Shown here: positions 1-12,140 of the stretch, piece by piece
How the letters are laid out: the number at the start of each line of letters is the position of its first letter
Numbering within the stretch: position 1 is the stretch's first letter
NCBI RefSeq assembly: GCF_000150275.1
Contig: NW_002060947.1
Span: forward strand, 8,216,043-8,280,042
Source: Trichoplax adhaerens
Taxonomy: Eukaryota; Animalia; Placozoa
DNA length: 64,000 nucleotides
Direction: 5' to 3'
Notes under the pieces: generated by a model
What the model was told of the DNA's origin: nothing
What the model saw: only the letters and a program-made list of their open reading frames with translations
Database searches by the model: none
Made by a program: the position numbers and the translations under genes

Positions 1-224
1 CATTTAGTAGTATTTACATTGATGGTTAGATCTAGATTTGCAGCTAATCTAGTCTAATCTATACCAATTCTATTTATAATTTGGATAAAGCGATCCGTTG
101 AGTTTATACTGTTACATTAATATTACAGATAAATAGCGATGCAAGTAATGAAACAAGATATAATCTTAAATGAATTTAAGATACATATCAGCTGAAAAGT
201 TATGGACAACCTCTGTCATCTTGC

Positions 225-2300
225 CAGCCACAACACTTATTTTGTTTATAATCACGTAATCAAATCTTTTAATTACTACCAACCTATGTAATTTTCTTGG
301 TTGATATCCTTGATAGTCGATCTATCTTCGGTTTTACTGTTATTTTGGCCAAGCTTTATTGCAATATATATTTGCGATACTGAGTTACTTATTTTAATAT
401 ACTATTTCAGATGTAATCAATTTACGCTTATTGATTTAAGCATTTTGAAAGGTAATTAAAATAATGATGTAGCTGTTATATCTTTACTGTGTCATTTTTA
501 CGGTAAATGACGAATTAACCAATTCTCGGGTTCATCATAATATCACTAATATCTATTAATTCATCGAAATAGCATTGATTCAGATATTTCGTTTTATATG
601 AACGTTATATAACTACTTACTTTTTGTTTAGACCATTCAGTTGTACTTATTCGACAGCTTTTAAGTTTTATGTTAGTAAGAATGATCGATGTTTTTCAAC
701 TAAAGAAAGAATAAAATTTCCTTACAAATGGCGATTTAAATTTAAAATAATCTAGTTATCTTAGCGGTTAAAAAAGTTTTAATGACATAGAGCTACTTCA
801 ATGCTCATTTTGTTTGAATAATAGGCGCTATTAAGCAGATAACAGGTAAAATTTTGCATTTATAAGTTATTTTCTTTGTCAATGATGATGTACGATGACT
901 AGGTTTTGAGTGCTGATATCATCTATGTAGTAATGATGTTGAACAAATCTAGAAAAGAAAATGATAGAAAATATATTTCTTCCGTCGATACATATGTCAT
1001 TATTGCGTTCATTGATGATTTTTGAAGCATTAGTTATTATTGTTTTTGCAAATGCAAGAACATTATTTGATTCTGTATGATAAGTTATACGACGACGTTC
1101 TTCTACTTCAGTATTTGTTCATATAAATGAAATTCGCTTATAATGCTGACTATACGATAGAACTTTTAACGAGTAATTGCCCTTTTGTCTAATAATCTAC
1201 GAATAATTAATTATATATTGACGATAATGCTTCATCAACTCAGGTGCGTTCGATTTATTGATGCTGATTGAATAAGTTATTGCAATCTTATAGTCCGTTA
1301 GTAATGGCTGTATCTAGTTAGTGAAGAATAACTGAAAGATGCAAATTTTGATTTTAAAACTATAAATAAGAACACGAATGTATAGTCTTCGGGCAGAACG
1401 AACGTGTTTGCACACTACTCTCTCTACTTAACACAATGAACTATTTAGCTAGTACGAATGTAGCCAATTTGCAGTTTTAAAAGTTATTAAGGCTTATAAA
1501 TCGGTGATATAAAGAGTCACAGACTTGTTGAGTGGAACTATTACGATACATTTAAACTTGTAAATTGGATTAACGAAAGGTATGATAAAGAATTGTCATG
1601 TACGCATATATGTTATATACAAATTAAATTAAGTGGATAAATAGATAGTGCTCTAGTCAACTTTAGTATTAAGCTCATTTTGATTAATCTATTTGAAAAT
1701 ATCAACTGTTTATATTGCACACATTGAATTGTCGATGAATAAATATTACAGTTGAGCCATTAGTTGCATTATTTAACTTTAGTATGAATAAAACTGATTC
1801 AAAGCGATGTTGTATTTTGATAACTAATTTGTACAACTTCTTCTGAAGTTAAAAACAGTAATCAAAAACTATCACCTGTCAATTTTATGACAAACTTGCT
1901 CCTTCAACTGAGCAGTATAGCATTGACTTTACCGACTAGTCTACTTGAACAGATTATGCTTTACTTTATATCATGTTTTGAAGAAAATTTTTAGTAGTTA
2001 CATCAATAGAGGGATCTAAACTTGTAGCCAATTTTGTCCAGTCCATACAAATTTATTTGCAATTTGACAAAAGTGATCTCTTGTATCTATAATCTTATAT
2101 TAATATTGTCGATAAATTGGATGTAAATACTCAAACAAGATATAGTTCTAAACGAATCTTGTAATCGTTTGTCACAAATCCAATATTGTAACAAGAAAAA
2201 GTCAAAAACTGTTACAGAGATTAGGCTATAAGTCCACTGTCAGGTTTATCCTCCTTGACATCTACCTACAGTAAGATTCTTGGTACAGACGATCTCTTAT
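225..2300 (-). pseudogene. Heavily decayed coding-like segment, possibly an F-box/LRR gene (copy A)
   Basis: Minus-strand translation, broken by many stops and frameshifts, gives F-box-like 'LLSNCK*ICMDWTKLATSL' (~2010-2075) and LRR-like fragments ('QVIVFDYCF', 'DTAITNGL*DCNNL', 'LAFAKTIITNAS'). It is paralogous to 3085-4860. Confidence 0.3.
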
Positions 2301-4610
2301 CGTCAGAAGAAACAGTAACATAACACTAGTCTCTCTTAGACATAACTAAACCTAAAGTTTATTGAAACATTATTCAATGTGTAGTAAATCGACATAAACA
2401 TTAATTATCGGTTTATAGATAATATTATAAAACTATGCGGTCATCTGCTAAAAGCATGTATAACGTTATAGATAACGATAAGCTATCTGACGAAAATAAG
2501 TTCAGTATTTTGTAGGAAAGTCTACTTCCGGACACCGACTTAAATGATGACTTGTCAATGTAAAGACTTCGCCATATTAATCGAATGTAAAATACAAAAT
2601 AGAATAAAATTGAAGTGCATCTGCATTGAATATACGAAAGCGGCCTCGCTGCATAAGTACAATCAAATATAACCCATACAGTTTAGTTGGCTAACTCGTA
2701 ACTAATATCGTAAGCCATAACAACATTGAAATACCCGTACTATCTAATGATATTTGCAATGATCACATACTTTTATAGTTAGTGGATAAATCGACAAAAT
2801 AGAGAATTAGATGTTAGTAAATGCTTAGAGAGAATAGAGAACTAGAAATTATTGATTCGCGTATCTCTACTGATGTTTTACGAAATTCACTTATTATCAC
2901 TGTAGATAAATTTAGGTATAACTTTGTTTTCGTCTACAGTAAGATATTTGTATAGCGATTACAATATTTATATTTTTGTGCAGGATTCAGTAACATCTAC
3001 GGCAAATTATTATATGTTGGGTTCTCGTATTTAGTTAACAAAAACTGAATACATATAAGTAAAACCTTTATACTGACTATCTTCTCACTCATCGTCTGCA
3101 CTTGCTATTCTTTTCTTTTTACGAGACGTGTAATCGCGCATCGATTCTTTACGTTTGCCAAAACGAATGATATCAGATAAATCTAGCAAAATATTATAGA
3201 CAACGTATGTCATGTTATCAGCCACAACAATTCTTTTATTTATAATCATGTTATCAAATCTTTTACTTATTACCAACCTTTGTAATTTTCTTCACTGATA
3301 TTCTTGTTAGTCGATTTATCTACGTTTTCATAGTCATGTTGGCTAAGTTTTACTGTAAAATATAATTGTAATGATGAGTTATTTATTTCGAAGAAAAGCG
3401 AAAGGTCCTGCAGTGATACGCCTCTTATTTGATTATAAGGATAGCTATATTTGATACAGTTAGGTTACTAACAATAGATATTATTGTCAAGTTAATATTA
3501 GATGATTGATAACTACTATATTAGAAATTGTTGATAACTAATAGTAGCAAGTTGACTAATTATGGTACAAGGTTTATATGACTAGAAGCACTGTAACTGT
3601 ATAGATGCTGAACAACAAAAGGGGCTGGATATTAATACAAGAGTAGCGATATCTTATGTAGAATGATTCAGATTGTAGAAGATAATGATGTTCATTTGAG
3701 AAAAGTGTTTAATATGATGACTCAAGGCTGATTGTTGATTGATTAAGTTGTGATAAATGGATTTAGCGAAATGTATTTAACAACGACAGAGATGAGCTCA
3801 CAAGAGAGAAGAGATTTCGCTTCGCTTTGAGCTCGGAATACTTTAGATTTTTAACTAGATTCTTGTATTTATCAATTATTGCTGTACTGTTCTTAAAAAC
3901 CTGGTAATAAAAGCCTGCTAAGAAAATACTATTTGACTTCGACAGTTATTGCGAAATATTTTTATTACAGGTCCAAATTTTGATTTTAAACCATGTTTGA
4001 GAACTCGAACATGTTAGCACACTACTGTACTCTCGTTTTTTAAATACAATTGACTATTTAGCTAGTAAGAACGTTAGCTAATTTGTAATTTTAAAGTTAT
4101 TAAGGCTTGTAAATTGGTGACATAAAGGTCATAGACTTGTTAAATAGAACTGTTACAACGTATAAAAAATTGCAAATTGGATTTACGCAAGGTATGATAA
4201 AGAAATGTCATGTACCTTTATACAAATTAAATTAAGCGAATGCAAAGATAGTTTTCTTTTCAATCTAAGTATTACGCTCATTTTGATTAATCTATTTGAA
4301 AACGATAACTATTCGTATTATACGCATTAAACTGTTGAAAAACAGCATAAAAGTAGTATTTTAATAAGTTCGAATTATTGCATCCGCTTTATAGTTGAGC
4401 CATTGATTGTATATTTTAACTCTAGTATGAGTAAAATTGATTGAAGATGATGCCGATTTTGACAAAGTTATTCCAACAGTTTTCCTCTAAATTAAAAACA
4501 GTATTAAAAAACTATCACCTTCTAATTTTATTACCAACTTGCCCGTGAAATTAAGCTATATAGTATAGGCTTTACTGACTAGTCTACTCCCACATACCGT
4601 ACTTTACCTT
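1343..4610. repeat. Diverged direct segmental duplication (1343-1960 vs 3975-4610; also 225-395 vs 3218-3387)
   Basis: Shared colinear motifs such as aaattttgattttaaa, aagttattaaggctt, ggtatgataaagaa, gctcattttgattaatctatttgaaaa and aaaaactatcacct. Confidence 0.85.
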
Positions 4611-4860
4611 GTGATATTATTTTGAAATTAATTGTTGAAAAGGAATAATCACTCATTTAATTTGGATGAATTTACGATATTGAGCCAGTATGTCAGCATG
4701 TAATATCATCCAATTAGTAAATTAGTTCGATGCTGTATATAGACTTACTACGGCATTGTTGTCTGTTATTATCTTTTGATCTTCCAAATTGATTTGAATG
4801 TCGATTTTCTTCTGCTATTAGTCAAAACAAAGAGTGAGGATATGTTATATAGATGGAAAA
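3085..4860 (-). pseudogene. Decayed paralog of the above (copy B), possibly F-box/LRR
   Basis: Blocks ~3218-3387 and ~3975-4610 align by eye with ~225-395 and ~1343-1960. Minus-strand fragments 'KVIVF*YCF*FRGKLLE*LCQNRHHLQSILL' and 'LHSLNLICIKVHDISLSYLA' have LRR-like spacing. ORF 3085..3276 may be the old C-terminus. Confidence 0.3.
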
Positions 4861-4865
4861 GACTG

Positions 4866-7800
4866 CTAGAGCAATGCTAGACTACACAAATCACCTGGTG
4901 ATGATAGGCAACGGTCGTGGATGACTGTTTGATTATCTGTATATTGAGCTAAAAGCTGCTGAACGATATTGTCTATTTGTAATGGAGCAACTTCCTTCTC
5001 ATTTCTTTGCAATTGATCGTAACATTGATTAATTTGTTTTTTATCCTCGATAATTAGAAGATGACTCTCTCCGTACAGATTACGTAGAGAATTAATAGAC
5101 TTTCGATAGAATGAGATTGCTTGACGATAATTAGACTGTTTACAATAGACTGCAGCTTGGTTTCGATAGAATTGGGCAGTTTGAGGATGATTCTCACCTA
5201 GTGTTACTAAAGAAACTTGCAATGACTTTTTGAACATTGATAGAGCGTCATCATACTTGCCTTGACGATTATAGACTTTTCCGATATCGCTATATGTAAT
5301 AGAAATACTTGGATGATTGTGGCCAAGCTGTATTACTCTAATCTTAAGTGATTTATTCAACATTGACAGAGCTTCATCAAACTTGCCTTGATCATTATAG
5401 ACCTGCCCAATGTTGTTATATGTTTTAGCGATACTTGGATGATTGTCGCCAAGTCGTGTTAGTTTAATCTTGAGTGATTTGTAATATACTGATAGAGCGT
5501 CATCGTACTCATCTTGACGATTATAGACTTGCCCAATATTGTCATATGTGTTAGCAATACTTGGATGATTATCACCAAGTTTTGTTAGTGTAATCTTAAG
5601 CGATTTGATAAAGACTGATAGAGCGTCATCATACTTGCCTTGATTATTATAGACTTGTCCAATATCGCGATATGTATTAGCAATAATTAGATGATTGTCG
5701 CCAAGTCGTGTTAGTGTAATCTTAAGTGATTTGTTATGTATTGATAGAGCGTCATCATACTTGCCTTGATGATTATAGACTTTTCCAATTTTATTATACG
5801 TATTAGCAATACTTGGATGATTGTCGCCAAGTTGTTTTATTGTAATCTTGAGTGATTTGTTAAACACTGATAGAGCTTCATTATACTTGCCTTGATCATT
5901 ATAGATTTGTCCAATATTGCGATATGTTATAGCAATACTTGGATGATTGTCGCCATGTCGTGATAGTTTAATCTTGAGCGATTTGTTATACACTGATAGA
6001 GCGTCATCATACTTGCCTTGTTTATTATAGACTTGCCCAATTTTGTCATATGTGTTAGCAATACTTGGATGATTATCATCAAATTTTGTTAAGTCGATCT
6101 TAAGCGATTTGTTATACACCGATAGAGCGTCATCATACTTGCATTGATCATTGTAGACTTGTCCAATATTGCCATATGTATTAGCAATATTTGGATGATT
6201 ATCGCCAAATCGTGTTAGTGTAATCTTAAGTGATTTGTTATACACCGATAGAGCGTCATCATACTTACCTTGACGATTATAGACTTTTCCAATTTTGTTA
6301 TACGTATTAGCAATACTTGGATGATTGTCGCCAAGTTGTTTTATTGTAATCTTGAGTGATTTGTTAAACACTGATAGAGCTTCATTATACTTGCCTTGAT
6401 CATTATAGATTTGTCCAATATTGCTATATGTTATAGCAATACTTGGATGATTGTCGCCATGTCGTGATAGTTTAATCTTGAGCGATTTGTTATACACTGA
6501 TAGAGCGTCATCATACTTGCCTTGTTTATTATAGACTTGCCCAATTTTGTCATATGTGTTAGCAATACTTGGATGATTATCATCAAATTTTGTTAAGTCG
6601 ATCTTAAGCGATTTGTTATACACCGATAGAGCGTCATCATACTTGCATTGATCATTGTAGACTTGTCCAATATCGCGATATGTATTAGCAATATTTGGAT
6701 GATTATCGCCAAGTCGTGTTAGTGTAATCTTAAGTGATTTGTTATACACCGATAGAGCGTCATCATACTTACCTTGACGATTATAGACTTTTCCAATTTT
6801 GTTATACGTATTAGCAATACTTGGATGATTGTCGCCAAGTTGTTTTATTGTAATCTTGAGTGATTTGTTAAACATTGATAGAGCTTCATCATACTTGCCT
6901 TGATCATTATAGACTTGTCCAATACTGCTATATGTTATAGCAACACTTGGATGATTGTCGCCATGTCGTGATAGTTTAATCTTGAGCGATTTGTTATACA
7001 CTGATAGAGCGTCATCATACTTGCCTTGTTTATTATAGACTTGCCCAATTTTGTCATATATGTTAGCAATACTTGGATGATTATCACCAAGTTTTGTTAG
7101 CGTAATCTTAAGCGATTTGTTAAAGACTGATAGAGCGTCATCATACTTGCATTGATCATTGTAGACTTGTCCAATATTGCCATATGTATTAGCAATATTT
7201 GGATGATTATCGCCAAATCGTGTTAGTGTAATCTTAAGTGATTTGTTATACATCGATAGAGCGTCATCATACTTACCTTGACGATTATAGACTTTTCCAA
7301 TGTTGTTATATGTATTAGTTATACTTGGATGATTGTCGCCAAGTTGTTTTAGTGTAATCTTGAGTGATTTGTTAAACATTGATAGAGCTTCATCATACTT
7401 GCCTTGATCATTATATACTTGTCCAATACTGCTATATGTTATAGCAATACTTGGCAGATTGTCGCCAAGTCGTGTTAGTTTAATCTTGAGCGATTTGTTA
7501 TACACTGATAGAGCGTCATCATACTTGCCTTGTTTATTATAGACTCGCCCAATAATGTCATATGTACTAGCAATACTTGGATGATTATCATCAAATTTTG
7601 TTAGTATAATCTTAAGCGATTTGTTATACACCGATAGAGCGTCATCATACTTGCCTTGATTATTATAGACTTGTCCAATATCTTTGTATATAGCAGCAGT
7701 TCTTGGATGATTATCGCCAAGTCGTGTTAGTGTAAACTTAAGTGATTTGTTAAATATTGTTAGAGCGTCATCGTATTTGGCTTGCTGATTATAGATTCTT

Positions 7801-9890
7801 GCAATTTTGTTATGTAAACTAACAATATTTGGATGATTGTTAGCGAACCGTGTTAGATTAAGCTTAAGTGATTTGTTTAACATTGATAGAGCTTCATCGC
7901 ATTTGCCTTGACAATGATAGACTTGTCCAATTCCGTCATATGTTAAAGAAATACTTAGATAATTTTTACCAGCTTGTGATAGTTTAATCTTGAGTGATTT
8001 GTAATACACTGACAGAGCGTCATCATACTTGCCTTGATTTTTATAGACGTGCCCAAGTTCACCATACGTCTTAGCAATAATTGGATGATTATCACCAAGT
8101 TTTGTTAAGTCAATCTTAATAGATTTGCTAATCATTGATATAGCGTCATCATACTTGCCTTGATCAGTATAGACTTTTCCAATATGTCTATATATACGAG
8201 CAATTCTTGGATGATTACAATTATCACCAAATTTTGTTAGTATCATTTTGAGTGATTTGTTACATATTGACTGAGCGTCGTCATACTTGCCTTGACGTCT
8301 ATAGACGCTTGCAATGTTGTGATATGTATTAGTTATACCTAGATGATTGTCGCCATATCGTGTTAGATGAATCTTGAGTGATTTGTTCAGCATTAACAGA
8401 GCGTTATCATAATTGCCTTGATAAGTATTCATTTGCCCAATATTGTTATATGTTTCAGCAGTATTTGGATGATTTTCACCAAGTTGTGCTAGTTCAATCT
8501 TGAGTGATTTTTTATACACTAATAAAGCATCATCATGCTTGCCTAGGTTAACATAGACATGTCCAATTCCATTGTATGTTATTGCAGTACTTGGATGATT
8601 GTCGCCAAGTTGTGCTTGTTGAATCTTGAGTGATTTGTTATATGTTGATAGAGCGTTATCATATTTGCCTTGACTATTATAAACTCTTGCAATGTTGTTA
8701 TATGTATCAGTAATACTTGGATGATTGTCGCCAAGCTGTATTACTCTAATCTTAAGTGATTTATTCAACATTGATAGAGCTTCATCATACTTGCCTTGAT
8801 CACTATAGACTTTTCCGATGTTGTTATATGTTATAGCGATACTTGGATGATTGTCGCCAAGTCGTGTTAGTTTAATCTTGAGTGATTTGTAATATACAGA
8901 TAGAGCGTCATCATACTTGTCTTGATTATTATAGACTTGCCCAATATTGTCATATGTGTTAGCAATACTTGGATGATTATCTTCAAGTTTTGTTAGTGTA
9001 ATCTTAAGCGATTTGTTATAAACTGATAGAGCGTCATCATACTTGCCTTGATTATTATAGACTTGTCCAATATCGCGATATGTATTAGCAATAATTAGAT
9101 GATTGTCGCCAAGTCGTGTTAGTGTAATCTTAAGTGATTTGTTATGTATAGATAGAGCGTCATCATACTTGCCTTGATGATTATAGACTTGTCCAATGTT
9201 GTTATACGTATTAGCGATACTTGGATGATTATTGCTAAGTTTTGTTAGTGTAATCTTGAGTGATTTGTTTAACATTGATAGAGCTTTATTATACTTGCCT
9301 TGATCATTATAGACTTGTCCAATATTGCTATATGTTATAGCAATACTTGGATGATTTTCATCAAGTTGTGTTAGTTGAGTCTTGAGTGATTTGTTAAACA
9401 CCGATAGAGCGTCATCAAACTTGTCTTGATCATCATAAACGTTTCCAATTTTATGATATAAGTCACTGACACTGATGTCTTCGGTTCTTAACCATTTTAA
9501 CTTCATTTTGAGTGATTTGTAAAAATCATTTAAGGCTCCATTCAAATCACCTTGCAATCGCTTAATGCATCCCCACCTATCTACGCAGTTTGAAGCTTTG
9601 ACTTTATCTTGTAGTATCTTGGCAACTTTCTCTGCGTTGTCATTACATTTAGCCGCTTCTACTAATTCGTATTGATTTATGTAACAATCAGTCATATCGA
9701 TATAAATATCGTGTTCAAATTGATGATAATTATTGTTACTAGTTTTAGACATCGATTGGATTGTAGTAAGAGCTTTCTTGTAATAGAATAGCGCTTGTGC
9801 ATCATTTTCACTTTGCTGAAATTTTACACCTTGTTCGTAGGTAGATTGAATTTCGTTGGGAATAATCAATTCAGTAGACTCCTTTGCCAT
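4866..9890 (-). CDS. Intronless TPR-repeat protein, 1674 aa (kinesin-light-chain/NPHP3-type 42-aa TPRs)
   Basis: Single long ORF with 35 tandem 42-aa units, consensus HPSIAxTYxxIGxVYxxQGKYDDALSxxxKSLKIxxxxLGDN, plus degenerate N-terminal TPRs. Confidence 0.95.
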   Translation of the reverse strand: MAKESTELIIPNEIQSTYEQGVKFQQSENDAQALFYYKKALTTIQSMSKTSNNNYHQFEHDIYIDMTDCYINQYELVEAAKCNDNAEKVAKILQDKVKASNCVDRWGCIKRLQGDLNGALNDFYKSLKMKLKWLRTEDISVSDLYHKIGNVYDDQDKFDDALSVFNKSLKTQLTQLDENHPSIAITYSNIGQVYNDQGKYNKALSMLNKSLKITLTKLSNNHPSIANTYNNIGQVYNHQGKYDDALSIHNKSLKITLTRLGDNHLIIANTYRDIGQVYNNQGKYDDALSVYNKSLKITLTKLEDNHPSIANTYDNIGQVYNNQDKYDDALSVYYKSLKIKLTRLGDNHPSIAITYNNIGKVYSDQGKYDEALSMLNKSLKIRVIQLGDNHPSITDTYNNIARVYNSQGKYDNALSTYNKSLKIQQAQLGDNHPSTAITYNGIGHVYVNLGKHDDALLVYKKSLKIELAQLGENHPNTAETYNNIGQMNTYQGNYDNALLMLNKSLKIHLTRYGDNHLGITNTYHNIASVYRRQGKYDDAQSICNKSLKMILTKFGDNCNHPRIARIYRHIGKVYTDQGKYDDAISMISKSIKIDLTKLGDNHPIIAKTYGELGHVYKNQGKYDDALSVYYKSLKIKLSQAGKNYLSISLTYDGIGQVYHCQGKCDEALSMLNKSLKLNLTRFANNHPNIVSLHNKIARIYNQQAKYDDALTIFNKSLKFTLTRLGDNHPRTAAIYKDIGQVYNNQGKYDDALSVYNKSLKIILTKFDDNHPSIASTYDIIGRVYNKQGKYDDALSVYNKSLKIKLTRLGDNLPSIAITYSSIGQVYNDQGKYDEALSMFNKSLKITLKQLGDNHPSITNTYNNIGKVYNRQGKYDDALSMYNKSLKITLTRFGDNHPNIANTYGNIGQVYNDQCKYDDALSVFNKSLKITLTKLGDNHPSIANIYDKIGQVYNKQGKYDDALSVYNKSLKIKLSRHGDNHPSVAITYSSIGQVYNDQGKYDEALSMFNKSLKITIKQLGDNHPSIANTYNKIGKVYNRQGKYDDALSVYNKSLKITLTRLGDNHPNIANTYRDIGQVYNDQCKYDDALSVYNKSLKIDLTKFDDNHPSIANTYDKIGQVYNKQGKYDDALSVYNKSLKIKLSRHGDNHPSIAITYSNIGQIYNDQGKYNEALSVFNKSLKITIKQLGDNHPSIANTYNKIGKVYNRQGKYDDALSVYNKSLKITLTRFGDNHPNIANTYGNIGQVYNDQCKYDDALSVYNKSLKIDLTKFDDNHPSIANTYDKIGQVYNKQGKYDDALSVYNKSLKIKLSRHGDNHPSIAITYRNIGQIYNDQGKYNEALSVFNKSLKITIKQLGDNHPSIANTYNKIGKVYNHQGKYDDALSIHNKSLKITLTRLGDNHLIIANTYRDIGQVYNNQGKYDDALSVFIKSLKITLTKLGDNHPSIANTYDNIGQVYNRQDEYDDALSVYYKSLKIKLTRLGDNHPSIAKTYNNIGQVYNDQGKFDEALSMLNKSLKIRVIQLGHNHPSISITYSDIGKVYNRQGKYDDALSMFKKSLQVSLVTLGENHPQTAQFYRNQAAVYCKQSNYRQAISFYRKSINSLRNLYGESHLLIIEDKKQINQCYDQLQRNEKEVAPLQIDNIVQQLLAQYTDNQTVIHDRCLSSPGDLCSLALL
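5064..9479 (-). repeat. 126-bp coding tandem array (35 units) with a 504-bp higher-order repeat
   Basis: Length 4416 = 35x126 + 6 (one 2-codon insertion). The motif ttgtcgccaagttgtttt recurs at 5821, 6325, 6829 and 7333 (504-nt period). Confidence 0.95.
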
Positions 9891-10208
9891 GTTTCAATAT
9901 ACAACAAAAGTGAAAGCATGTGTTTGAGAAAATAGACACTAATACGATATTCGTTAGAGATTACAACTTTAAATAGCTCTACGTATGATCGATACTTGTA
10001 CGATCGTATTGTTTAAAGTTAATACATTGTCTGTATACCTTTGATGGAGGGTTGGATGAGTCAGCGATAGAGGGTTTAGTTGCCATACAGAGAAATACAC
10101 AAGTGTTTTAGTAGAAAAAAGATACTGAATTTTAGACTACGATTGTGAACAATGTGGTAGTTACGGTAGAGCAGCGTATAAGTTATCGTAAAATAATATG
10201 AGAAAACA

Positions 10209-10258
10209 NNNNNNNNNNNNNNNNNNNNNNNNNNNNNNNNNNNNNNNNNNNNNNNNNN
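10209..10258. other. Assembly gap (50 N)
   Basis: Run of N characters. Confidence 1.
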
Positions 10259-11339
10259 ATTAACTACCTATATTTAGGAATACTGTATGTTAGAGTTACA
10301 GTACAATCTAAATATACTACAATACCATACTGTATGTCAACGTGATATAATTTAACGCAATATGATGTAGACAACAGCGATGTTAGGAACTATAAAAGTA
10401 GCAATAAAGCATGACGATAAAATGATTATCTATTCTCTAAATTGTGTAATTCTAAACTAATTAGTAGTTGTTAGTATACAACATTCACCGTACATAATAA
10501 TTATAATAAGAGAATAAAGAATAATAACATTATTAGAGCGATATTCGTAGAGATAATGCATTTATCATATCATTGAAGAATTACTAAGAAAAATTAATAT
10601 TATTGGAGAAATATTTTATCGCCTTTATCGTACGGTAATTATTATAGTGGAAAATTCGCCTATTATATTATAAGAGCGAGAACAACGAAATAGAGTCTTG
10701 CCTCTAAAGTAAACTATAAATAAGTAAAAAGCATGCAAACTTACAAGGTTACTGAGCGCAGGTTATTAATGACAGTTTACCATTTTAATTATTATATTCT
10801 CGTATTTAAAAAGGGTCTATACGTTTCATAGACTTAATAGATCATACAATTCTACAAATCTATTACGATATCACTAATGCGATCATTTCTATCTAATCCT
10901 CGTGTTTTATTTATCTTCACTCTTTGTTTTCTAGTTTACTTTGTAGACTTAAAATGTAATGCTAAAGTTAATTCGATCAATTTCGAGGTACTTTTCGAGT
11001 AGCTGAAGGCAATCAGAGATTTAACATACGTAGGGAAATCTCTTTGAGACTTGGTAATGAAAAGAAGAGCGTCATATATATGCTCATAGTACGGTAGTTA
11101 GCTTAAGGTTGTTTGCATTATTTATTAGACAGTATCAATCAGCAATTACAGACTGTCTGGTATCGAAATGCTCATGATTACGACGTTTATGAAAGGAAGT
11201 AAGACAGGCTGTTAAGTTGAAAAGTTGAAGCTTGAACCTATCACAATATCATTCACGTACTGTATAAACTGTATGCACCCTTTACTACAATATGTCAGTA
11301 TATCAACCAATCAATTAGAATATTATGCAAGTATTACGC

Positions 11340-12140
11340 GATGAAGAAATACGTAGAACTAGCCCTTAAATTGGGCGAATAAAGCAATGATTTCGTTAGA
11401 AAACTTCCTGACTTTAATTACTAACAATACAAAATACTATAGTATAGTAAGATATATTCTTTCTAGTTATTTTTGGTAATCTACTGTATAGCTTCTGCTT
11501 ATGTCTTCTTATTATGAGAAAATCAGCTACCTAGTATTAAATTGATCAGTTAAGGTAAGAATTTTCAGTTAGGAAGCTTGCTAGCCTCCATCAATAATAT
11601 CAGAAAATTGCACTGTACAGAAGAACTTATCTTTCAAATTACTTTCCACAATCTATAATTACTGTGTTCTCCTATCATGAGTCAAACTAGTCCTTAAATC
11701 AAGTACATAAGGCAATGATTTTCGGTTAGAACATTTTCTGACATCAATCACTAACACAAGAAACCCAAACAGTACAACAGAATATATTAATTGTAAGTAC
11801 TTTCGATAATCTATAACTTCTGCATATGCTCTTCTATCATTAATGAAATTAGCCCTTAAATTGATCAGATAAGGCAACAATTTTCAGTTTGCAAACTTCC
11901 TGACATCAATTACTTATAACAAAATTCAAATAGAACAGCAGAATATATTCTTTCTACTTATTTTGGGCGATCTATAACTTCTGTACACGTTTTCATATCG
12001 TGAACGCAATTAGCCTTTAATTTAACTAGAAAAGTTAATCAATTTTAGTTAGATAGCTTCCTAATATCAATCGCTAGCATAAGAAAACTAAATAGCACAG
12101 CTGAATGCATCATCGCAGTTACTTTAGACTATCTATAATA
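11340..12140. repeat. Degenerate ~162-bp tandem repeat, ~5 copies
   Basis: A tagcccttaaatt-like anchor at ~11360, 11532, 11688, 11850 and 12011. Minus-strand ORF 11659..11880 shows the matching 54-aa self-repeat. Confidence 0.85.

Noticed and set aside
4866-4900. C-terminal CaaX prenylation motif on the TPR protein
   Set aside because: The protein ends CSLALL; the Cys is at -6, not -4.
9891-10258. Missing N-terminal NB-ARC/NACHT exon of the TPR gene hidden in the gap
   Set aside because: The ORF has its own ATG and N-terminal region and nothing flanking the gap looks coding. This cannot be excluded but is unsupported.
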